DNA of 64,000 nucleotides from Candidatus Spongiisociaceae bacterium (GTDB lineage Bacteria; Actinomycetota; Acidimicrobiia; Spongiisociales; Spongiisociaceae): NCBI GenBank assembly GCA_965213975.1, contig CBDCAR010000001.1, positions 32,134 to 96,133 of the forward strand, read 5' to 3'. Shown piece by piece: positions 8,554 to 16,363 of this stretch (position 1 is its first letter; each line of letters starts with the position of its first letter). The notes under the pieces were generated by a model. It saw only the letters and a program-made list of their open reading frames with translations, ran no database searches and was not told where the DNA came from. The position numbers and the translations under genes were made by a program.

Positions 8554-9703
8554 CCAGCCCGGACGGCACATAACCGTCGAAGAGCCCGGGCGGGTCCCCT
8601 ACCGGGCGTGGCAGCCCGCCCCGCTGACCCAACGGACACAACTAGGGCACCTAGCCGCCGCGGTCAGCGGCCCATACGAACGCCACGACCGCACATTCGC
8701 GTCCGCCGGGCGCTTCGGGTCGGGGCTGGCTGCCAGAGCGGAATGCTTCGCGTCCGCCGCGATAGAAGACATCCGACCCCCACCCCAGCAGCTGGCCCGC
8801 ATGTGGCCCGCCGCCCTCAAAAGCCGTCCCCTGCCATCACCCCGAACCGCCACCGACGGAGCGGTCTGGCAGACACGCCGCGTGGTCGGACTGTGGCAAG
8901 CGATGGCCACCGCGGGCGCAGCCGACGACGCCACCAACCGCGCTGACCACCAACGCATCGAACCCGACTGGGCGCGCACCGTCGGATACGGCACAGCAGG
9001 CCAGTACCGCACCCACCGAGTATGGATCGGCGGGAGCACACCCACCGCCGCCCGATACGTGCCGCCCCCCTGGGACACAGTCCCCCAACTCATGGACGAC
9101 CTGTACCGATGGGTAGCCACCCAACTAGACGAACGAAGGCTACCCGTCAGCCTGATAGCCGCCGTAGCGCACGCACAGTACGAAACCGTCCACCCCTACA
9201 GCGACGGGAACGGACGGGCCGGGCGGCTACTCATCCGCCGAATCCACCAAACAGCCGGAACCGGGCCGCCCCCGATATCTGTAGCCATGTCGCGCAACCG
9301 CCGCGGCTACTACCAGGCGTTAGACGAGTGGCGACAACCAGGAGGCGCGGTCCGCTGGTTGGACTGGTACGCCCAGCAGCTCTCAGCCGCGGCCCGCACA
9401 GTCGACCGCCTAGCCGACCGCGCCGCACAGATCACAGAACAACTCGGCCAGAAGCTGGAAACCGTCCGCTTCCGGCCCGCATCAGCTGACACCGCCCGCC
9501 AGCTGATAGACCACCTTGCCGACCAGCCCGTCTTCACCGCCGCGTCCGCCGCGGAAGCGACCGCCAAATCGGTCTGGTCGGTCCGTAACGCTGCCACCAA
9601 ACTCGCCGACATCGCCGCCGTCGAGCCGTTACCGCCCACCAACCGCCGACCCGCCGCCTGGTGGAACCCCCAAATATGGCATCTGGGGCTCCGACCGCAA
9701 TGA
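8528..9703 (+). CDS. Fic-domain protein with C-terminal HTH
   Basis: Fic motif HPYSDGNGRAGR. Confidence 0.9.
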   Translation: MPVTKPPSDQPGRHITVEEPGRVPYRAWQPAPLTQRTQLGHLAAAVSGPYERHDRTFASAGRFGSGLAARAECFASAAIEDIRPPPQQLARMWPAALKSRPLPSPRTATDGAVWQTRRVVGLWQAMATAGAADDATNRADHQRIEPDWARTVGYGTAGQYRTHRVWIGGSTPTAARYVPPPWDTVPQLMDDLYRWVATQLDERRLPVSLIAAVAHAQYETVHPYSDGNGRAGRLLIRRIHQTAGTGPPPISVAMSRNRRGYYQALDEWRQPGGAVRWLDWYAQQLSAAARTVDRLADRAAQITEQLGQKLETVRFRPASADTARQLIDHLADQPVFTAASAAEATAKSVWSVRNAATKLADIAAVEPLPPTNRRPAAWWNPQIWHLGLRPQ

Positions 9704-10026
9704 GCGACCTCACAGTCCTGCCCGCCGCCCGCATCTCCCTCTTCCACCTTGCCGCCCCCACCAGCACCGACGGCTGGTGCACCAACGTGTGCGGACGCTG
9801 CTCCCGCAGACCCGCATACCAGGTTGCTCCCTCCCGCCAGCTACGCGTCCGAGCCGACGGGCTACTCGCAGACAGAGACGGATGGCCCAACGCGGCCCTC
9901 TACGGACAGTTCCGCAGATCACGCGTGTACGCCGTCTGGGGCGAACGTCCCGTCACATGCGAAGCCTGCCACGGCACCTTCGCCCCAGGACGGGTAGCTT
10001 GCGGAGAGTGCGAACGGATCCGATAA
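9700..10026 (+). CDS. Cys-rich hypothetical protein
   Basis: ATGA overlap with the Fic stop; several CxxC pairs. Confidence 0.6.
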   Translation: MSDLTVLPAARISLFHLAAPTSTDGWCTNVCGRCSRRPAYQVAPSRQLRVRADGLLADRDGWPNAALYGQFRRSRVYAVWGERPVTCEACHGTFAPGRVACGECERIR

Positions 10027-10053
10027 ACCCGGAGCGGAAGAGAGGGATACGTC

Positions 10054-10269
10054 ATGGAATTAGGCCCTGACGCTGGGGTTAGCTATATCGCCTGCGAGAC
10101 AGACGACGAGTACCCAACGGGGTGCGGCCATCTTGACAGGAGAACCGCTGGCCGTTGCAGAAATGGGACCGAAGAGGACCGTACCGGCAACGAGCTACCA
10201 CCAGAAGTCGAAGACTATCTCGACGAGATTACAGACACACTGGCAGCTGTCAACCGGATACGCGGATGA
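10054..10269 (+). CDS. Small hypothetical protein, C-x8-CGH-x7-C domain (paralog A)
   Basis: Leader GGAGCGGAAGAGAGG; shares its N-terminal domain with 10842-11108. Confidence 0.65.
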   Translation: MELGPDAGVSYIACETDDEYPTGCGHLDRRTAGRCRNGTEEDRTGNELPPEVEDYLDEITDTLAAVNRIRG

Positions 10270-10529
10270 CTACCCAGCCAGCCCACGCCCCCCAACAATC
10301 ATGGGCATGTGAATCCATATCAGGATGCGCCGAGCATCAAACATGGCCAGCTAACGATCTGTACTGGTATCACAAATCACAGTTACAGCCGGACCGTTAT
10401 CCAGACCGGCACCAGATAGATAACGGGGGATTATGGTTATGCCAGCTGTGCCAGGGGTATGACGTTGAACCTGGTGAACTTGCTGGCATCCGGTTGGATG
10501 AGTGGCTTAAGGAGCATGGGCCCGCTTGA
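10266..10529 (+). CDS. Small Cys-rich hypothetical protein (GLWLCxxC family)
   Basis: ATGA overlap; GLWLCQLC...LDEWLKE matches 3887-4153; overlaps the MTase start. Confidence 0.65.
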   Translation: MTTQPAHAPQQSWACESISGCAEHQTWPANDLYWYHKSQLQPDRYPDRHQIDNGGLWLCQLCQGYDVEPGELAGIRLDEWLKEHGPA

Positions 10530-10813
10530 GTCTTTAGACGGGCCAGTTCTCATGTGTGGTTCCGCGACTGACGCCCTTGGCCTGCTACCGACCGGCAGCG
10601 TCCAGACAGTCGTGACCTCCCCGCCGTACTGGTCTCTACGCGACTACGCGGTTGCCGACCAGATCGGCTGCGATGACGGCTTGGGCGACTATGTCAAGAG
10701 CATCGTGCTCACGTTTGACCCTCCTGGCTGCCAAGGAGCTGGGGAGGAACTGGGTGGGCATAGAGTTGAAGCCCGAGTACGTGGAGTTGATCGAGCGGAG
10801 GATTGCCGGGTGA
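10516..10813 (+). pseudogene. N4/N6 DNA methyltransferase remnant with large internal deletion
   Basis: N-part has VVTSPPYWSLRDY. At ~10717 it joins out of frame to TLLAAKELGRNWVGIELKPEYVELIERRIAG*. The central region including motif I (FxGxG) is missing. Confidence 0.85.
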
Positions 10814-10841
10814 GCATCAGGAGCGGAAGAGAGGATACCCT

Positions 10842-11108
10842 ATGACAATAGGCACGTTCGAGGGGCTTCCCCTGTTTGTGGCAGACCCTGACGCCGGGGC
10901 TGGGGTTCGCTATATCGCGAAGGGCTGGGCCTGCGAGACAGCCGACGAGGACCCCACGGGCTGTGGGCATACTGACAGGAGAACCGCCGGCCGTTGCAGG
11001 AACGGGACGTGGATGCGATACACCGAGATACTCCTAGACCAGAACCGCCAGATAGTCGGCGCTGAGACACAGAAGAATGTGATGAAACATGGCGGGGGAG
11101 CCCTGTGA
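10842..11108 (+). CDS. Small hypothetical protein, C-x8-CGH-x7-C domain (paralog B)
   Basis: Same leader and N-domain as 10054-10269, different C-terminus. Confidence 0.65.
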   Translation: MTIGTFEGLPLFVADPDAGAGVRYIAKGWACETADEDPTGCGHTDRRTAGRCRNGTWMRYTEILLDQNRQIVGAETQKNVMKHGGGAL

Positions 11109-11479
11109 TGGGCCACGCCGGGCGGCAAGCCAAAGCCAAAGCCAAAGACCGACGAAACCCTGCGTCGGAGGATCAGGAAGAAGTAGTCGGCAAGCTGACA
11201 GCACCCTGGGAAGTAACCGAGGCCGTGACCACCATCGCGAAGGCCCGTCAGCTTCTCACCGGCACCAAGGCGCTGGTCCCCATGCGGATAGGGAGGTCAG
11301 GGACCACGTACGTGCAGACCGTCCACGAAACCGTCTACGACATGATCCGGGAGGGGTACGCGGCGCACATGTCGTACACCGAAGACCTGGACTACTGCGT
11401 CGTCGTCTCGTTCTCGGCAAGGGACGACTTGGAAGAGCACATCGCAGAACGGCACGAGCGGTACGGCTACGTGAGTTGA
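11105..11479 (+). CDS. Hypothetical protein
   Basis: 124-aa ORF overlapping the upstream stop; protein-like composition. Confidence 0.6.
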   Translation: MMGHAGRQAKAKAKDRRNPASEDQEEVVGKLTAPWEVTEAVTTIAKARQLLTGTKALVPMRIGRSGTTYVQTVHETVYDMIREGYAAHMSYTEDLDYCVVVSFSARDDLEEHIAERHERYGYVS

Positions 11480-11510
11480 TGTTCAGGCGTGCTGTTCTGT
11501 AGCGTCTGCC
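11471..11510 (-). repeat. Partial copy of the junction repeat
   Basis: Reverse strand GGCAGACGCTACAGAACAG (19 bp identical to 51452-51470) followed by ...TCAACTCA. Confidence 0.7.
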
Positions 11511-11707
11511 TGCGTCCCACCCCGTGGGGCGTGTTTCGGTCTCCCTGGCAGAAGTTGCTTCTCGTCGGTGTGTCTGCGCCTGTTAGCTGATGCCCGTCGC
11601 TCCGTCCAGGACCGCTTTCCCAAGGTCCGCGCCCGGTTTGATGTCTTCGGTTATGAGCGGTTGCCGTAACGGTCTTTCGTCGTGCGGTTTGCCTCTCTGA
11701 TGCTGGT

Positions 11708-11935
11708 TCAGTTCGCCGCCGCGGCGACTATCTCCATGACCTTGCGCAGAGTCTTAGCCTTGCCGACCTCAATCCTGTCCCCGTCCTTGCGGACGTAGCC
11801 GTACCAGGGGCGTCCCCGGTCTTGTTGGAACGCGTCCCCAGCGACATAGCCGCTGAGTTCCGGATCGGTGTTGTCGTAGATCAGCTCGTACTGGCCGGGA
11901 TACCCAACAGCGTAAAGTCCGGCGTGGTAAACCAT
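11708..11935 (-). CDS. Hypothetical protein
   Basis: 75 aa, GGAAGGGGG RBS, protein-like. Confidence 0.6.
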   Translation of the reverse strand: MVYHAGLYAVGYPGQYELIYDNTDPELSGYVAGDAFQQDRGRPWYGYVRKDGDRIEVGKAKTLRKVMEIVAAAAN

Positions 11936-11995
11936 GTCACCGCACCCCCTTCCTCCCGTCTCGCCCGGAGAGTACCCCCCTTGGGCCGGTGTGTG

Positions 11996-12144
11996 CTACG
12001 CCTTGTCGGGGCCGAAGACGTCGTTGAGTGCCATGACAACGCGTGCGTCACGGGGAAGTTGATGTCGCTGCCTGACCTGTCATCGCCACGTGCTACGGAG
12101 CCGAATACTGCTATGTCGTTGGGACATCCGTGTTCCCATAGCGG
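11996..12144 (-). pseudogene. MNT nucleotidyltransferase remnant
   Basis: Start-less frame reads HGCPNDIAVFGSVARGDDRSGSDINF (GSxARG...SDID motif), then frameshifts. Confidence 0.65.
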
Positions 12145-12573
12145 TTACGCCAGCGGTCCCACCGGCGGAAGGGTCTTGTGGTAGGCCGCGATCCCGTAGT
12201 GCACGACGGGTCGCCCCGCCCAGCGTGCTAGCAGCCACCGCCCCAACGTACGGGGACCTTCGCCGGTCCATCCACCGTAAAGCAGCCCAGCCACGTTTAG
12301 GTCTTCGTCCAGGTCAGGCCAGCGCAGCCCCCCGTCGTCGGCTATTTGTACGTTGGCCCATTCGTCGGGTGACCCGTCGCACAGTCTGGGGAACCAGAAG
12401 GTCGGGACGGTGAGCGTTCTCCCGTCGGCCAGCCATAGTCGGATGGCCTGCTCGGTCACTTCCACCCGACGGGCGGCCGGTCCGACTGGGGGACTGTGAG
12501 CGAGAAGATCGACAACGGGCACGTCAAGTCCGAGTGTCGGCCAGCGGATCACCGCGTCCCCGTCAACCAGCAT
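12145..12573 (-). CDS. DUF2442 protein (putative antitoxin)
   Basis: LWLADGRTLTVP..WFPRL...LRWPDLDEDL; paralog of 53059-53433. Confidence 0.85.
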   Translation of the reverse strand: MLVDGDAVIRWPTLGLDVPVVDLLAHSPPVGPAARRVEVTEQAIRLWLADGRTLTVPTFWFPRLCDGSPDEWANVQIADDGGLRWPDLDEDLNVAGLLYGGWTGEGPRTLGRWLLARWAGRPVVHYGIAAYHKTLPPVGPLA

Positions 12574-12598
12574 ATGGGTGTTCCGATTTGCGGTGGGG

Positions 12599-12711
12599 AG
12601 ATGGTCGCTGGGAGGGAAACCCAGCCAACACACCAGAAGTGTTGCCCGAGACCATCCCAAACAAATCCTTGGTTGACAGCCGACAGCTGTCAACCCAGAG
12701 ATATAAGCCCA
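12599..12711 (+). mobile_element. Orphan right end / omegaRNA of the TnpB element (~113 bp)
   Basis: Near-identical to 5892-6007; perfect hairpin GGTTGACAGC-CGACA-GCTGTCAACC. Confidence 0.9.
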
Positions 12712-12779
12712 AAGGATTCGTACAACTGCTCTCCTATTGGACTCTGGTTGAACACGGTATCGGCTGGGTGTCGGCCAGG

Positions 12780-13394
12780 TTAGGGCAGGTGTTGTAGGGT
12801 GTTCGCTACCCATCGTTGTAGCTGCTGGTAGCTGTCCGTGTCGATCACGAAGCTGCCACGGTCGATACCGGCGAACCGGTTCAGAGCATCCTTGAGCTGC
12901 CAAAGGGTAAAGCCGGGGTCTTTGTCGGTGGCCCAGTCGATAACGTCGTCGATGTGATGACGCTGGGCGATAACGTACATGTCGATGTAGTCGCGTGCCG
13001 CGACGCGGCCTACCAACGCCAGCATCTTGTCGGCTGCTAACTCTCGGATGTTCAGGACCTGCCCGGCCGGGTCTGTAACTGTAGGGTGCCGGCGGGCGTC
13101 GATCGCTATGTCTACATATGTTGTGTCAGCGCCGTCAGTGACTCGTATACGGACGAACCCGTCTCCCCAGCGTTCCGCTGTCGGGTTCAGCCCTTCGTCG
13201 GTTAGAACTTGGAGGGCGGCTTCAGCGAAGGGGATGGCTGACCGCGGGTATGCCCCGAACACGTCTATGTCGCTGGTTTCGCGCTGGACTACACCGGTCA
13301 GGATCAGCGCTGAGCCGCCCGCTAACGCGAACCCGTCTGCTTCGGGTAACCCTGCGATTATCCGCCAGGTCCGTTCCTGTAGTGCGGTCAGCAT
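12780..13394 (-). CDS. AbiEii-family nucleotidyltransferase toxin (type IV TA)
   Basis: FALAGGSAL, RETSDIDVF, LAADKMLAL..R..ARDYID. Confidence 0.9.
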   Translation of the reverse strand: MLTALQERTWRIIAGLPEADGFALAGGSALILTGVVQRETSDIDVFGAYPRSAIPFAEAALQVLTDEGLNPTAERWGDGFVRIRVTDGADTTYVDIAIDARRHPTVTDPAGQVLNIRELAADKMLALVGRVAARDYIDMYVIAQRHHIDDVIDWATDKDPGFTLWQLKDALNRFAGIDRGSFVIDTDSYQQLQRWVANTLQHLP

Positions 13395-13747
13395 CCAGCC
13401 GGGTTGTCGATCAGTCCCCTGTCGCACAGCCACGCTGACCACGCTTCGCGCACATAAGGGGACAGCCACAGATCGTCCCACAACTCGACTAGCACGTCGA
13501 TGTCGATATAGTAGCGGACGTCGTCGTCTAACCCCTCAGTCATCACCGTCTGATACATGTATATCAGCTGCTTACGGTTGTCCATGTCGAACGTTTGGGG
13601 CGCTGACCAGGCCACATGGAGGGGTAGGGTCACAACCCCGGACGCTTTCGGCAGGCTCCGGTCCACCAAGTCGTCGGGGATGCACACAGGCGGACGGCAC
13701 AACAGTCGGGTCCGTGAAACCGTCGGCGAATAGGTGGGCGAAGTCAT
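13388..13747 (-). CDS. Putative antitoxin partner of AbiEii
   Basis: Overlaps the toxin start; GVVTLPLHVAWS...VMTEG...VREAW pattern typical of actinobacterial partners; TACCAT -10 at 13755-13760. Confidence 0.7.
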   Translation of the reverse strand: MTSPTYSPTVSRTRLLCRPPVCIPDDLVDRSLPKASGVVTLPLHVAWSAPQTFDMDNRKQLIYMYQTVMTEGLDDDVRYYIDIDVLVELWDDLWLSPYVREAWSAWLCDRGLIDNPAGC

Positions 13748-13907
13748 AAGCCCGATGGTAGCCGCCTAGCGCCGTCAGAGAGCCGTAGCATCCCGCCGTC
13801 CGGGATGGTTACCGCGTCGGCGCATGGTGTCCGTCTGCGGCCCTGACAGGCCCCTCTGACCCGCTGCTACAAGACCCCCCTCTGCGACCTGTCGGCTCGT
13901 AGAATGG

Positions 13908-14246
13908 GTGGGGTTATGGTGTCACCCCCGGATGTTCCGTTCACGCGAGTTGAGCTGTATGCCCGGCCCTGACACCCGCTGGACCCGCTACGACACGTTG
14001 TGCGAACCCGCCTGCGAAGTGTGGCGCGCTCCCGACTTAGAAGGCTGGGACTGTGAAGTGTGGAACGATTCCGAAGGCGGCTTCCGCTACTCGTTCGTCT
14101 GTACCCACTCAGAACCCGTCCCGGACAGCCCCGACGCGCTCTGGCACATCTGGTGTCACGGACCTAACAGTCCCAGCGCCACCAGCTATCCCACCGCCCG
14201 GGAAGCGATAGCCGCCTGCGAAGCACACATCGCCAAGATGGGCTGA
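13908..14246 (+). CDS. Hypothetical protein
   Basis: TAGAAT -10 just upstream; Trp/Cys-rich 112 aa. Confidence 0.55.
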   Translation: MGLWCHPRMFRSRELSCMPGPDTRWTRYDTLCEPACEVWRAPDLEGWDCEVWNDSEGGFRYSFVCTHSEPVPDSPDALWHIWCHGPNSPSATSYPTAREAIAACEAHIAKMG

Positions 14247-14403
14247 TCGGCTGATGACAGCCGCCGCGGTCAGCCCATTACCCGACTACAGCGTCGGGTT
14301 CGCCACTCCCGAAGCCCGATGGTGCTTGGCTATCAGCGTGAGGGCGGCCGGGTGAGCCATCCCGTCGCACGACAGCTGCTGCAGACGCTTGGTCTTATTC
14401 CTT

Positions 14404-14607
14404 CTAGGTGATGATCAGTTCGGCGGCTTCGGCGGCTCGCTGGGCGCGGCGGGCTAGCTTCTGGTGGGCGTACGCGTTGCCCGAGTTCTTCCAGCCTTCG
14501 GCGGCTTTCCAGTAGTCGTCGCTGAGATCGAGTAGCTCGTCGGCGAGGCGTTTGACCTTCGCTTCATGCGTGTACGTGCGGGGTAAGTCTGAGTTGTTAG
14601 CAGGCAT
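14404..14607 (-). CDS. Small helical hypothetical protein
   Basis: 67 aa, preceded by the AAGGGACAAGACAATG start motif. Confidence 0.65.
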   Translation of the reverse strand: MPANNSDLPRTYTHEAKVKRLADELLDLSDDYWKAAEGWKNSGNAYAHQKLARRAQRAAEAAELIIT

Positions 14608-14751
14608 TGTCTTGTCCCTTATAGCTGGGGATTAGGTCGGATCGGGTGATCAGTCGGGCGGCTTCTGCGAGGTCTTCGGATACCTGGTAGCGCTTTGCCG
14701 CTGCCGTCGGGTTTTCTCCCCGGTTCCATCCGTTTCCGGATAGCTGTTCAC

Positions 14752-15669
14752 TCATCGTGGGTTCCCTTCTTGTGGGGGGTAGCGGCGGCCTGGGTCGTGG
14801 TCTGCTGTGAGCGCCGCGACCGCTTCGATACCCGGCCGGACGTAGCGGTCCAGGCTTCTTAGGGACTGGTGGCGGCTTTTGGCTTTGAGGAGGGGCGCGC
14901 CTACGCCGGATTCGCCTAGGTGGGTGAGCGCGGCGTGTCTTAGGTCGTGGAGGGTTAGTCCGTTGCTGGCGGACTTGAATTGCGCCCAGGCGCGTTGGTA
15001 GGAGAGTCTTCCGTGTCCGGTGTCGGGGCATAGGTCGGGCAGGGCTGGGGCGAAGTTGGGTCGGCGGTGGGTGACGAACACGGGGCCCCGGCGACGCCCT
15101 CTGAGGTAGCGGGGGAGGACGCGGGCGGTGCCTGAGGCCCAGACGACTTCTTGGAGGTGTCCGCCTTTCCCCCGGATCGTGGCGCGTCTGGTTGCGGTGT
15201 CTAGGTCGCCGATGTTGAGTGAGAGTATCTCGTTGGTGCGTGCTGCTGTTTCGTACAGCATCCGCCATAGCGCTTTCTCGCGTACGTGGATGTTCGGGCG
15301 GCTCCACAGTTCGGTGAGGGTTTCGTATCGGGGCGCTGACGTGTCGTCGCGGGGTTGTGTGCGGCGGTCGATGCCTGCGAGCGGGTTCGTTTCGATCCAG
15401 CCGTTCCGCAGTGTCCACGCGGTGAAGGAGCCAAGGGCGGTGAGTCGTGTGTTCCAGGTCGCCGCCGACGTGTGCCCCCAGCGTTCGGTGAGTATTGGTA
15501 GGAGCTTGTTGGGGGTGAGGCCGCGGAGCGGGTAGTCCGGTCCTAGGTCGGTGGCTATGGTTCGTAGGGTGTGGGTGTAGCTTCGGGCGGCGTTGGCGGA
15601 TAGGCGTTTGGCGGATAGGAACGCTTCGGCTGCTTGGTCGAAGGTGACGGGTTCGGCGGGTTGGACCAA
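14752..15669 (-). CDS. Tyrosine recombinase (XerC/TnpI-like)
   Basis: Catalytic set TAARTNE (R), RGKGG (K), LHDLRH (HxxR), SRHQS (H), DRY (Y); AGGAG RBS. Confidence 0.93.
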   Translation of the reverse strand: MVQPAEPVTFDQAAEAFLSAKRLSANAARSYTHTLRTIATDLGPDYPLRGLTPNKLLPILTERWGHTSAATWNTRLTALGSFTAWTLRNGWIETNPLAGIDRRTQPRDDTSAPRYETLTELWSRPNIHVREKALWRMLYETAARTNEILSLNIGDLDTATRRATIRGKGGHLQEVVWASGTARVLPRYLRGRRRGPVFVTHRRPNFAPALPDLCPDTGHGRLSYQRAWAQFKSASNGLTLHDLRHAALTHLGESGVGAPLLKAKSRHQSLRSLDRYVRPGIEAVAALTADHDPGRRYPPQEGNPR

Positions 15670-15679
15670 CCTTAGCTCC

Positions 15680-15790
15680 TATGAGAGATATTTGACCGGG
15701 TTCGCTGGGTTGGCGGTTCGGTGTCGTCCCAGCGTGGTCACCCCAAGAGAATACTCTTATGAGAGATATTAGGCAAGTATCTCTCATAAG
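15680..15790 (-). other. Putative tyrosine-recombinase site 1: inverted core plus direct accessory motif
   Basis: 16-bp perfect inverted arms ACTCTTATGAGAGATA (15753-15768) / TATCTCTCATAAGAGT (15778-15793) around a 9-bp spacer. Third TATCTCTCATA copy at 15680-15690, immediately upstream of the recombinase. Confidence 0.8.
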
Positions 15791-15880
15791 AGTTTGAGTG
15801 GGGATCACAGCCGCAACCGTGGGGAGGCGGTCGTCGGCTCTGTTGACCCGTGGCCATAGAGACTATGGTACAGAGCGAGT

Positions 15881-16282
15881 GTGACAAAATACGGTGGTTA
15901 CATGGCGGACTGTTTGACGCATCCCGAGAAGGACCTACTTCACATGGACGACAACACCCAAGAGGTCATCCGCAACGTCTCCAAAACACTCTGCGGTGCC
16001 CGGTTCCGCTTATCGGCGGCGATCTGGATCCGGACCCAACCCCAAGACAGCAGGTTCTACCAGCGGCAGATCGCGGAAGGTATCGGAACCGACGCCCGCT
16101 ACGTACGCCGCGAAATGCGGATACTCCAACAGCTCGGCATGATCACACCCCAACCCCCATGCGGACGCGATGTGCGACGCTTCTACCAAGCCGACCACAC
16201 ACACCCACTCTGGACGATCATTGACAGCGCCCTGACCGCCTGCGCCGAACTCGACCTAATGAGCGGTAATGCTTCCCGGTGA
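15881..16282 (+). CDS. Winged-helix DNA-binding protein
   Basis: FYQRQIAEGIGTDARYVRREMRILQQLGMI wHTH pattern; upstream of hsdM. Confidence 0.6.
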   Translation: MTKYGGYMADCLTHPEKDLLHMDDNTQEVIRNVSKTLCGARFRLSAAIWIRTQPQDSRFYQRQIAEGIGTDARYVRREMRILQQLGMITPQPPCGRDVRRFYQADHTHPLWTIIDSALTACAELDLMSGNASR

Positions 16283-16363
16283 CGCCAATGGGAATACCTT
16301 CAGCTGGCGAGTGGCTGCGGGTGAACGTGACGGATGGGCAGGGACGATGAGGGCTGGCGCTGT

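Noticed and set aside
13748-14323. 12-bp direct repeat AAGCCCGATGGT around ORF 13908-14246
   Set aside because: Not tied to a demonstrable insertion junction; a few such matches are expected by chance in 64 kb of GC-rich DNA.
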